A stretch of 57,774 nt of DNA from Ferruginibacter sp. (GTDB lineage Bacteria > Bacteroidota > Bacteroidia > Chitinophagales > Chitinophagaceae): assembly GCA_031422055.1 (NCBI GenBank), contig JANOPU010000073.1, positions 1 through 57,774 on the forward strand, written 5' to 3'. Shown here piece by piece: positions 9,491-18,436 of this stretch (position 1 is the stretch's first letter; the number at the start of each line of letters is the position of its first letter). The position numbers and the translations under genes were made by a program. Below the pieces are notes generated by a model. The model was given only the letters and a program-made list of their open reading frames with translations. It was not told the origin of the DNA and did not search any database.

Positions 9491-12328
9491 ATGAAAAAAA
9501 TTTTTTTACTGTTAGTACCCTTTCTGATCTGTTCTGCCTGTTTTACATATGGTCAAACCAAATTGATTGAAAAAATTTCAAAGAAGGGCGATGAGATAAT
9601 AATCCCTTATGAAAAATATGTATTGCCAAATGGACTTACGTTGGTGATCCATGAAGACCACAGTGACCCACTTGTACACGTTGATGTGACCTATCACGTG
9701 GGTTCTGCCAGGGAAGAGATCGGGAAATCGGGTTTTGCACATTTTTTCGAACATATGATGTTTCAGGGCAGCGACAACGTAGCTGATGAACAACATTTCA
9801 AGATTGTATCTGAAGCAGGCGGTACCATGAACGGAAGTACTAATCTTGATCGTACCAATTATTATCAGACGGTACCATCTAATCAACTTGAAAAAATGTT
9901 GTGGTTGGAAGCTGACCGTATGGGATACCTGTTAGATGCCGTTACACAAAAGAAATTTGAGATACAACGCAGTACGGTAAAAAATGAGCGTGGCCAGAAT
10001 TACGATAACCGTCCTTATGGCCTTGCCGGAGAGTTTACCAGTAAGAATTTATATCCTTACGGCCACCCATACAGTTGGTTAACGATCGGGTATGTTGAAG
10101 ATCTTAACAGGGTGGATGTGCAGGACCTGAAAAACTTTTTCATGCGTTGGTATGGCCCAAACAATGCAACAATAACCATTGGTGGTGATGTTAAGCCTGC
10201 TGAAATAGTAAAATTAGTTGAAAAATATTTTGGACCTATTCCAAAAGGACCTGATGTTACCAAAACTATTTTACCTGCTGTAACACTTAATGCTGACCGA
10301 TATGTATCTTATACGGATAACTATGCTAAAATTCCTATGCTAATGAAAAGTTATCCAACGGTACCAAACTATCATAAGGATATGGGTGCATTGGCCTGCC
10401 TTGCACAAATAATCGGTCAGGGAAAAAATTCTGTATTATATCAACAGCTTGTAAAAACCCAAACTGCATTACAGGCTAATAGTAACAGCCGCTTATCGGA
10501 GTTGTCAGGCGAATTCTCGATACAGATAACACCATTGCCCGGAAAATCATTGAGCGCAATGGATAGCATGTTTAAAGAAGCATTAATAGCTTTCGAAAAA
10601 CGCGGCATTACGGATGATGATATTCAAAAATTCAAAGGAGGAATTGAAGCACAATATATAAATGGATTACAATCTGTTTCGGGTAAGGTTTCGCAATTAG
10701 CTGCATTTCAAACTTTCACAGGCAATCCAAATACCATTGGCAAAATGCTTGAGACCTATCGTTCTGTTACCAGTGAGGATGTATTACGTGCTTACAATAC
10801 TTACATAAAAAATAAAAATTGTGTAACGGTGAGTGTATTAACAAAAGGACAAACCCGGTTAGCAGCGATGCCTGACAATTATAAAATTGATTCAAATAAT
10901 TACAGGCGGCCTGATTATGGTTATACCGGGCTTGCTTATAATAAACCTGTCGATAATTTTGACCGGTCAAAAATACCTGGTAATGGCCCCAATCCTGTTA
11001 TAAAAGTTCCTGCATTCTGGAAGAAAAATTTACCTAATGGAATAAAAATGATTGGTGCCGAGAATACAGAAATCCCTACAGTTACCATTCAGATCACGAT
11101 CCCCGGTGGTCATTTAGCTGAAATTGCTGACACCAGTAAAATGGGAATTGCCGAAATGACTGCTAATATGTTAGGCGAAGACACAAAAAATTACACAGCA
11201 GAACAAATGGGTGTTGCTTTACAAAAACTTGGTAGTAATATTTCAGTAAATTCCGGCTTAGATGGTATCAGATTTACGGTGCAATCACTGAAAAAGAATA
11301 TTGACAAAACATTGAAGTTATTGGAGGAGCGGATGTTACAACCAAATTTTACAGAGAATGCATTTACAAGGTTACAAAAACAGGCAATGGAAGGATTTAA
11401 ACAAGCTAAATCTCAACCTGCAACTATTGCCAACAATGTTTATGACAAAATAATGTATGGCAGTAATAATATTCTTGGACTAAGTGAAAACGGTTCTGAA
11501 AATACTATAAAGCATCTATCCCTTACAGATGTACAGAATTATTATAACAATTTGATGACCTCACAGAATGCCAGAGTTGTAATTGTTGGTGACATAAAAG
11601 AAAATGAAATATTACCTTACCTCAGTTTTCTGAATAAATTACCCAATAAAAAAACAGATCTGCAAAAACCTACTGCAGCAGTTTCAGTAAACAAGACTGT
11701 TATTTATTTGGTAGACGTGCCAAAAGCTGCACAGACTGAATTTCGTATAGGAAAAGTAACGGATCTAAAATATGATGCTACCGGAGAATATTTTAAAGCG
11801 GGGCTGGTCAATTATATTTTCGGAGGCAATTTTAATAGCCGTATCAATATTAATTTAAGAGAAGACAAAGGCTGGACCTATGGTGCACGTTCTTCTTTTT
11901 CTGGAGATCATTATACCGGAGATTTCACTTTCAGTTCAGGCATTAGGGCAGATGCAACAGATAGTGCCCTTGCAGAATTTGTAAAAGAAATCAAGAACTA
12001 TTCAGAAAAAGGTATCACGCAGGAAGAACTAACATTTTTAAAGAGTTCTCTTGGACAAAGAGATGCTTTATTATATGAAACCGGTGCTCAGAAAGCAGGA
12101 TTTATAGGACGGATACAGGAATATAATCTAGCTGATAATTTTGCTGATGCCCAAAACATAGTCTTAAAGAATATTACAAAGAATGAAATGGATGCTTTAG
12201 CAAAAAAATGGCTAACCATGGATAAGATGACAATTTTATTGGTAGGTGATAAGTCTAAGATTCTTTCCGGATTGGAAAAAACAGGATATGAAATTATCGA
12301 GTTGGATGTTGATGGAAACAGAAAATAA
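9491..12328 (+). CDS. M16 family (pitrilysin/PqqL-like) zinc peptidase, secreted
   Basis: HFFEH inverted zincin motif, NGST..DRTNY, two-half architecture, LREDKGWTYG, signal peptide. Confidence 0.92.
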   Translation: MKKIFLLLVPFLICSACFTYGQTKLIEKISKKGDEIIIPYEKYVLPNGLTLVIHEDHSDPLVHVDVTYHVGSAREEIGKSGFAHFFEHMMFQGSDNVADEQHFKIVSEAGGTMNGSTNLDRTNYYQTVPSNQLEKMLWLEADRMGYLLDAVTQKKFEIQRSTVKNERGQNYDNRPYGLAGEFTSKNLYPYGHPYSWLTIGYVEDLNRVDVQDLKNFFMRWYGPNNATITIGGDVKPAEIVKLVEKYFGPIPKGPDVTKTILPAVTLNADRYVSYTDNYAKIPMLMKSYPTVPNYHKDMGALACLAQIIGQGKNSVLYQQLVKTQTALQANSNSRLSELSGEFSIQITPLPGKSLSAMDSMFKEALIAFEKRGITDDDIQKFKGGIEAQYINGLQSVSGKVSQLAAFQTFTGNPNTIGKMLETYRSVTSEDVLRAYNTYIKNKNCVTVSVLTKGQTRLAAMPDNYKIDSNNYRRPDYGYTGLAYNKPVDNFDRSKIPGNGPNPVIKVPAFWKKNLPNGIKMIGAENTEIPTVTIQITIPGGHLAEIADTSKMGIAEMTANMLGEDTKNYTAEQMGVALQKLGSNISVNSGLDGIRFTVQSLKKNIDKTLKLLEERMLQPNFTENAFTRLQKQAMEGFKQAKSQPATIANNVYDKIMYGSNNILGLSENGSENTIKHLSLTDVQNYYNNLMTSQNARVVIVGDIKENEILPYLSFLNKLPNKKTDLQKPTAAVSVNKTVIYLVDVPKAAQTEFRIGKVTDLKYDATGEYFKAGLVNYIFGGNFNSRININLREDKGWTYGARSSFSGDHYTGDFTFSSGIRADATDSALAEFVKEIKNYSEKGITQEELTFLKSSLGQRDALLYETGAQKAGFIGRIQEYNLADNFADAQNIVLKNITKNEMDALAKKWLTMDKMTILLVGDKSKILSGLEKTGYEIIELDVDGNRK

Positions 12329-12417
12329 GTTTTGATAGTTTATAAAAAGGTTTAGAGGGTTTAGATTTTAAGCTCCTAAACCTTCTATAACATTTTTTTT
12401 AAAAATAGCTTTAAAAA

Positions 12418-13209
12418 CTATCCCCTGCCGTCCAGTAAATTTCCTAATCCGCCCAGAATACTTCCTTCTTCTTTACGTTTGTATGTTCCGTATTGCATGA
12501 TACGTCCTGCCAGTCGACTTATAGGTAAAGATTGTAACCACACTTTTCCGGGGCCCTGCAGTTTGGCAAAGAACAATCCTTCGCCACCAAACATCCAGTT
12601 CTTAATTCCACGTATGAATTCAATATCAAAGTCTACTCCGGCAGTATAAGCAACTACACAACCTGTATCAACCTTTAAAATTTCACCTGGCTGTAATTCT
12701 TTTTCTACAACATATCCTCCTGCGTGTGCAAATGCCAGGCCATCACCTTCCAGTTTTTCCATGATAAAGCCTTCACCTCCGAATATACCTGTACCCAATC
12801 TTTTTTGAAACTCAATACCAATACTAACCCCTTTTGCTGCACACAAGAAAGCATCTTTCTGAGCTATGATCTTTCCACCTAACTGTTTCAGGTCAAATGC
12901 AATGATCTTACCAGTGTAGGGAGCAGCAAAACTGACCTTTTTTTTCCCTTGTCCTGTATTGGTAAATGCTGTCATAAACAAACTCTCGCCAACCAGTACA
13001 CGCTTACCGGCACTGAATAATTTTCCTAATATACTGTTATCCTGTTGCTGGCTGCCATCCCCAAAAATGGTATGCATTTCAATTCCATTGTCCATCATCA
13101 TAAAAGCACCGCTTTCTGCAATGGCTGTTTCATTAGGGTCAAGCTCTATTTCTACAAACTGGAGTTCTTCTCCATAGACCTTGTAATCGATTTCGTGATT
13201 TGTTCTCAT
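12418..13209 (-). CDS. TIGR00266/AIM24 family protein
   Basis: AESGAFMMM, GESLFMT, QKDAFLCAAKG and repeated FGGEG motifs; ATG at 13209 (MRTNHEIDY). Confidence 0.88.
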   Translation of the reverse strand: MRTNHEIDYKVYGEELQFVEIELDPNETAIAESGAFMMMDNGIEMHTIFGDGSQQQDNSILGKLFSAGKRVLVGESLFMTAFTNTGQGKKKVSFAAPYTGKIIAFDLKQLGGKIIAQKDAFLCAAKGVSIGIEFQKRLGTGIFGGEGFIMEKLEGDGLAFAHAGGYVVEKELQPGEILKVDTGCVVAYTAGVDFDIEFIRGIKNWMFGGEGLFFAKLQGPGKVWLQSLPISRLAGRIMQYGTYKRKEEGSILGGLGNLLDGRG

Positions 13210-13322
13210 GTTATTTTTTTTGCAAAATAATTCTTTTGGACAATTACAGTATATCAATTTTATAAACGGGAATATCTGCTTTCAAAAGGGTTAAAACTCC
13301 GGCCCAGAGTTTGGAGCCGTCA

Positions 13323-13358
13323 ATCAATAGCCCCGGCATTAAAGCCAGGGCTATTGAT
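13323..13358. repeat. REP-like palindrome or terminator
   Basis: atcaatagccc-cggc-attaaa-gcca-gggctattgat; 11-bp perfect outer arms. Confidence 0.55.
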
Positions 13359-13395
13359 AAAATGTTTTGAAGGACTTCAGTTCTGTATCTTTTAA

Positions 13396-13989
13396 TTATA
13401 ATTTTACAATCATACTCATTCCATTGCCGGTTGCACCTATCTGTACCATATCTATCATTTTATATAATTTTTTTCCATGTTTGTTATGCAAGGTAAACAT
13501 AACGCCATCCAATAGCAACAATGCAGCTCCCTGCAGAATGACACTTTCCCCGTATCCTTTAAGTTTTTGTCGGTTTTTAGTTGTGCTTTTCGCTCTTTCC
13601 TTCAGGTAGAATCCGGATGCTATATAACCTAAATCCAAACCAGCATTGAATAAATAAGTTTTTTCAACTCCGGCATGTTTCCTCAATGATTCCATAAGCG
13701 ACATCCCGTCTTTGTTTTTTGCACCCATGTAACCCAAAGCTGCAATCCCAAGATTGATGCCGCCCCACATTACATTCATCTGGTGAAAATAACGGCTTGT
13801 TCCTGTAGTTTGTCCTGTAGCTATAGCACTGTAGATCACATTTGCGGCAGACCAACCGGCAAGAACTTTCATGCCATTTTTAGTGATCTTATTTTTTTGC
13901 CTGTTATATGCATTCAAATCAGGTTGAGACTGGCTAAATGCATTCGACGTTGAAATTGTAATTGCTGTAAGTAAAATTAATTTTTTCAT
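13396..13989 (-). CDS. Hypothetical exported/membrane protein (DUF6992-like)
   Basis: Signal peptide; GM.VL.GW, YFHQMN..W..INL.IA and GYG.SVILQG..LL..D pattern. Confidence 0.65.
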   Translation of the reverse strand: MKKLILLTAITISTSNAFSQSQPDLNAYNRQKNKITKNGMKVLAGWSAANVIYSAIATGQTTGTSRYFHQMNVMWGGINLGIAALGYMGAKNKDGMSLMESLRKHAGVEKTYLFNAGLDLGYIASGFYLKERAKSTTKNRQKLKGYGESVILQGAALLLLDGVMFTLHNKHGKKLYKMIDMVQIGATGNGMSMIVKL

Positions 13990-14075
13990 AATTTGTTTAA
14001 CGAATTAGTCTGCTATTAAGTTCACTGAAAATAAATATTTAACGCTGGCTTTATTAGTAACATACATGATCTATA

Positions 14076-14251
14076 TCACAATAATTTTATCCATTTTACA
14101 TATTCGTCGCTCCCTTTTGGTGAAGTTTTACAAAAAGCTTATAGTCTTTTCCTTCTTTATACATAAAATCATCATCTGAAAGGATTGCATGCACCTGCAT
14201 TACCTTACTTTTTATTTCATCCTTTGTTCATTTAAGTTCTAACTTGTCCAT
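14076..14251 (-). pseudogene. CsbD-like stress protein pseudogene
   Basis: MDKLELK*TKDEIKSKVMQVHAILSDDDFMYKEGKDYKLFVKLHQK, then a frameshift to KGSDEYVKWIKLL*. Resembles the CsbD pattern (KG.WNE.KGK.KQ....LTDDDL...EGK). Confidence 0.7.
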
Positions 14252-14385
14252 AACTGTAGTTTTAAAATTTGAATACTGATTTCTTTAATATTTATTACTG
14301 CTATACCAGTTACTATTATTAAATAAATGCCACCCTTTTCGTGAGCAGCATCATTAAACTATAAGAATATTTATAAGTTTTATTG

Positions 14386-14841
14386 TTATTCTTTCTTGTC
14401 GTCATCCTTTAGATGATCCTTTTCTTTATTTAGAAAATTGCCATTAGCATCAAAGAAATAATCTTCGTCACCTATTTCCACTTCATAGGTAACATTGCCA
14501 TTCGCGGCTGTTATCTTTACAAAATCATTCATTTTTTTTCCTGGAAATTTCTTTGTTGCAAAATCACTAATGTTTTTTGGTAAGGATGAAACCGGTATCT
14601 CAACTTCTGTTTGAACAAGTGTTCCATTTGCTTCAAATAACAGCGAGGTTTCGTCATTGTTGATTTTAAAGGAAACTTCAAATTTCCCCTCTTCTTTTTC
14701 CCAATCTTTTTCGATTACATTTGGATACATAGTAGCAAATTTATTCTTTATCTCTGCCGGAACAGCAGCTTCTTTTAATTTTTGTGCGGTTACAGTGAAT
14801 CCGCAAATAAGAATAACCAGAGAGAACCAAAAAATTTTCAT
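14386..14841 (-). CDS. PepSY-like (BLIP-like) periplasmic protein
   Basis: Signal peptide; two repeats 'VPAEIK..F...YP...WEKE...FEVSF' and 'LPKNI..F...FPG...YEVEI....FFDANGNFL'. Confidence 0.8.
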   Translation of the reverse strand: MKIFWFSLVILICGFTVTAQKLKEAAVPAEIKNKFATMYPNVIEKDWEKEEGKFEVSFKINNDETSLLFEANGTLVQTEVEIPVSSLPKNISDFATKKFPGKKMNDFVKITAANGNVTYEVEIGDEDYFFDANGNFLNKEKDHLKDDDKKE

Positions 14842-14880
14842 GATGATTGTTTTAAATTTATAATTGAAAAAAAATATTTA

Positions 14881-14915
14881 GTAAAACTATCCCCCGATTC
14901 TGGAGAAATATTGTA
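14881..14915 (-). promoter_or_regulatory. Conserved promoter box upstream of the PepSY-like gene
   Basis: Minus strand TACAatATTTCTCCAGAAT-N7-TAGTTTTAC; near-identical copy with the same spacing at 16340-16374. Confidence 0.65.
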
Positions 14916-15018
14916 GCACTTAATATTGAATTTACAATCGAATTATGTTTAAATGCAATATACAATATTATAACGCGTTGTGCTATTAACCTTGTCAAAT
15001 CATTTTTAATACTATGCC

Positions 15019-15066
15019 TTCGACAAGCTCATGCTGACAGCTTTCTGTCATGTTTAGCTTGTCGAA
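15019..15066. repeat. REP-like inverted doublet (TTCGACAAGCT...TGAC / GTCA...AGCTTGTCGAA)
   Basis: 11-bp perfect outer arms (15019-15029 / 15056-15066) and inner tgacag/ctgtca arms. Confidence 0.7.
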
Positions 15067-15125
15067 ACATAGACAGAAAGCGGCTTAAGACTTTAAATCT
15101 ATTTTTAATACCGATTATACTAATA

Positions 15126-15459
15126 ACCTGAGTTCGGGATAAGATATTTTATAAGTTGTTAGATACTAATTACTTGTTGTTCTCAACTTTTTTCTTAACA
15201 AAAAAAGTACTCCCGAGTTCCGCTGCGCTCTTCGGGATGTTCCAAAAAAAGTCAAGGCAGGAACCCCGCCCGAACGTGCCGTTCGGTACGGGCGGGGATT
15301 ACAGCCTCCCGAAATAATCGGGACAAGCTGTTCCTGCCATATAACTGTAATCATCTTTTGTACTACTGTAGCTTCCGCATTGGTTCTTTACTCTTAATTT
15401 CATAACACTCCAATTAATAGAAAACAAATTTATCTTCGTTTCTTATCCCGAACTCAGGT
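15126..15459. mobile_element. MITE copy 2 (334 bp) carrying three nested palindromic inserts
   Basis: Perfect 19-bp TIR ACCTGAGTTCGGGATAAGA; TSD TAATA (15121-15125 and 15460-15464); extra segments 15211-15242, 15265-15296 and 15307-15328 relative to copy 1. Confidence 0.88.
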
Positions 15460-15508
15460 TAATAATATGATTACAAATGAACTTTTCATTTGAATTTATT
15501 AAAGCAGT

Positions 15509-16327
15509 TTATTTCCCCAAACAATAATTCAGATAAATACCTGCGCTGTGTCCGTTGTATGTTGGGACGAATTGAATTTTCTTTTTCCATATAGGCCATT
15601 TATTCCGGTGCGATAAATAAGCAAGGTTAGCGGATAAAATACCTATGCCTGCACCGGTAATAACATCTGTTATCCAGTGCCTATTATTTAAAATACGCAT
15701 TGCTCCTACACTTGTCGCCACAAGGTATCCCCCAATAGCCAGCAGTGGATATTTTTTACCATATTCCCTCCTTAAAAATTCTGCTGAAAGAAATGCCTGA
15801 GCAGTATGCCCCGATGGAAAAGCATAATAGTTGCTTCCATCCGGGCGTAACACATGCGAGTATTTTTTTAAAGGAACAACTATTGCATTCATTATTAATT
15901 CCGATTTTATAAGTAGGGCTGTCTGATTCCATATATCATGTTTTCCTTTTAAGCCAAAAGCATTCATTGCATAAACAGCGGCAATCGGCGCAAACTGTAA
16001 ATAATCGTCGGCCTTTGTTCTAAAATTACAGATATGTTCATTTCGGTCTTCCCTAACCTCATATTTATTTATGAATCCATCATCATCATTATTATAAATT
16101 CCCAAAATAATAAGGGGTATTGCTACACAGGCACTTTTAATAAAAGCCTTATTCCTAAATGCGAAATCCCCTGAATACTTTTTGATTTCGATTAATTTTA
16201 TTTGTTGCATACCCTGTAATAGGCTGTCGCTGACCTTATTTTTTTCCTGGCCTAAAGATTCCTGAGCCCCACCGGCAGCTAAGGCAGATACTAATACTAC
16301 AAGTAGTAATGATTGCCTGCACATCAT
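15509..16327 (-). CDS. PAP2 family phosphatase
   Basis: K......RPD, FPSGHT and R.LNNRHW.TDV motifs. Confidence 0.88.
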   Translation of the reverse strand: MMCRQSLLLVVLVSALAAGGAQESLGQEKNKVSDSLLQGMQQIKLIEIKKYSGDFAFRNKAFIKSACVAIPLIILGIYNNDDDGFINKYEVREDRNEHICNFRTKADDYLQFAPIAAVYAMNAFGLKGKHDIWNQTALLIKSELIMNAIVVPLKKYSHVLRPDGSNYYAFPSGHTAQAFLSAEFLRREYGKKYPLLAIGGYLVATSVGAMRILNNRHWITDVITGAGIGILSANLAYLSHRNKWPIWKKKIQFVPTYNGHSAGIYLNYCLGK

Positions 16328-16339
16328 ATTCTTTTTTCT

Positions 16340-16374
16340 ATAAACCTACCATCCAATTCTGGAGAAATCCTGTA
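16340..16374 (-). promoter_or_regulatory. Conserved promoter box upstream of the PAP2 gene
   Basis: Minus strand TACAggATTTCTCCAGAAT-N7-TAGGTTTAT; matches 14881-14915. Confidence 0.65.
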
Positions 16375-16416
16375 TGTGAAATAAGTTAGACTGCTGTATA
16401 CAGCAAATAACAGGAG

Positions 16417-17667
16417 TTAACTAAAGTTTACCAGGAAAGTATGCATTTCATTTTTTGTGGTATAATTCATTTGCCAGCCATTAATATCGCATATTTTTTT
16501 ACTGATGGAAAGGCCCAGGCCCAGTGATGCAGAAGAAGGATTTCCTTTTTTGAAACGTTCAAACAGTTGATTGGGGTTAACTGTAAGAGGCTTGCCGGTA
16601 TTTGAAATAACAAGTGATCTTCCCTGTAATTCAATCTTAATCTTTCCCTGATAAATATTATGTTTTATAGCGTTGTCAATGAGGTTCGACAAGAGTATTT
16701 CTATATGTGGCCTGCTGGCATTTACAGTAATGTCTTTTCCCATTATATTATCAACTTCCAGTTTTGTAGCAACTATAAAATCATCGAAATGTAGTAATTG
16801 TTTTTCCAGTGCTTCGGCTATTGATATATTTTCCTTTTGAACAAAATGGTTATTACCAATTTTTGTAAGTAATAATAATGCATTGTTAAGTTTTGAAATG
16901 CGTTGTACAGAAGTATAAGCAGATTTGATCTGTGCAGCCTGCTCTTCATTTAAATTTTCTGATTGCAGGAATAATTCCAGTTTTGCCTGAATTACAGAAA
17001 GAGGTGTTTGCATTTCATGTGAAGCATTTTCAATAAATTCTTTTTGAGACTGGTAATCAGCATTGGCTTTCTCTGTCAGTTTTTCAATTGATACATTTAG
17101 TTCTGAAAACTCCGTGATATTGGACGATAATAGTTTAATTGATTTATTTTTTTGTAGTGCAAAATTCTTTATTGATTCCAAATTATAATAAAAGGGCCTC
17201 CAGATATTTCGTAAAATGAGCCTGTTCAGCAGGTACAGGCTTATTAAAAGTAAAAGGATAGCTGTTATAATTGTAAAAGCAATTGAATTATAGTAATCGT
17301 GTGGTTCCAGAATGATTTGCCTCAGTATAATTCGGTAGGTTTTACCATGAATGTTTTCAATGGCATCCAGCTGCCTAAAAGGCTCAACGTCGTTCTCCAC
17401 CGGATCAAACATAACAGTATCATTAACTATAAGTCTGTTTACCTGAAACAGTTCCAATGCTGATATTTCAATAACAGGTGGTAATTCAATTACATCGTTG
17501 TTGTTTTTTATTTGTTCTGCAATACGGGTTTTATTATGGACTAACTTTTCGGTAATTTCATTTTTAGTAATGTTGGTGAGTATATAATAGAGTAATGTAC
17601 CAACTAAAATAAGCAGTATGGCAGTGAAAAGAAAATAGTATCTATTTGTTTTTTGCAATAACCTCAT
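16417..17667 (-). CDS. Sensor histidine kinase (HisKA + HATPase)
   Basis: Two TM helices, H-box ASHEMQTPL, N-box NLIDNAIKHN, G-box GLGLSI. Confidence 0.93.
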   Translation of the reverse strand: MRLLQKTNRYYFLFTAILLILVGTLLYYILTNITKNEITEKLVHNKTRIAEQIKNNNDVIELPPVIEISALELFQVNRLIVNDTVMFDPVENDVEPFRQLDAIENIHGKTYRIILRQIILEPHDYYNSIAFTIITAILLLLISLYLLNRLILRNIWRPFYYNLESIKNFALQKNKSIKLLSSNITEFSELNVSIEKLTEKANADYQSQKEFIENASHEMQTPLSVIQAKLELFLQSENLNEEQAAQIKSAYTSVQRISKLNNALLLLTKIGNNHFVQKENISIAEALEKQLLHFDDFIVATKLEVDNIMGKDITVNASRPHIEILLSNLIDNAIKHNIYQGKIKIELQGRSLVISNTGKPLTVNPNQLFERFKKGNPSSASLGLGLSISKKICDINGWQMNYTTKNEMHTFLVNFS

Positions 17668-18341
17668 GATTCAGTAAATTTATAGCCAACTCCATACACA
17701 GTTTTAAGATAATCAGTTCCGCCTTCCTGCAATATTTTTTTCCTGAGATTTTTTATGTGGGTATAAACAAAGTCAAAGTTATCTGCCAGGTCAATATTAT
17801 CACCCCACAAATGTTCGGCAATAGCGTCTTTAGTAAGGACCCTGTTTTTATTTGTAATAAAGTAAAGCAGCAGGTCATATTCTTTTTTCGTGAGATTAAG
17901 TGGTTTATTATTAACAATAGCCTGCTTTGAAGCTGTATCTATTTCAACTTCGTTGTGTATGATGTGGCTGTTTCCATGAAAATATTTGCGTCTGATGATA
18001 GCATTGATCCTTGAATTCAGTTCGGATAAATGAAAGGGTTTGGTAATGTAGTCATCTGCACCCAAGTCGAGTCCTGTTAATTTATCATCCAAAGAATTTT
18101 TTGCAGAAACAATAAGAATACCAGTATCAGGATTTGAATTCCTGAGCAGTTTGATGAGGTCAAGTCCATTTCCATCGGGTAGGGTGATATCCAGTATAAC
18201 GATATTATATTGATAAAGTAACAATTTATCCTCTGCTTTCAACCAAGTATCTGCTTCTTCGCAAATAAATCCTTGTTTCCTTAGGTAGCCTGAAATAGAT
18301 TCAAGCAGTTGTTGTTCATCTTCAACAATAAGGATCTTCAT
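17664..18341 (-). CDS. OmpR-family response regulator
   Basis: ILIVEDE, LDITLPDGNG, GADDYITKPF, winged helix TVYGVGY; overlaps the kinase start (ATGA). Confidence 0.95.
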   Translation of the reverse strand: MKILIVEDEQQLLESISGYLRKQGFICEEADTWLKAEDKLLLYQYNIVILDITLPDGNGLDLIKLLRNSNPDTGILIVSAKNSLDDKLTGLDLGADDYITKPFHLSELNSRINAIIRRKYFHGNSHIIHNEVEIDTASKQAIVNNKPLNLTKKEYDLLLYFITNKNRVLTKDAIAEHLWGDNIDLADNFDFVYTHIKNLRKKILQEGGTDYLKTVYGVGYKFTES

Positions 18342-18436
18342 CTTACAAATTTAGATGGAAATCTAACAATAGAAACTGTTGAAATATTGAAGCCCGAATC
18401 TTTGGTAAAGTTTAAACCTTTGCCAAAGATTAGAAG

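Noticed and set aside
15166-15354. 62-aa ORF inside MITE copy 2 as a transposase remnant
   Set aside because: Largely made of the palindromic inserts, no DDE-like motif recognisable
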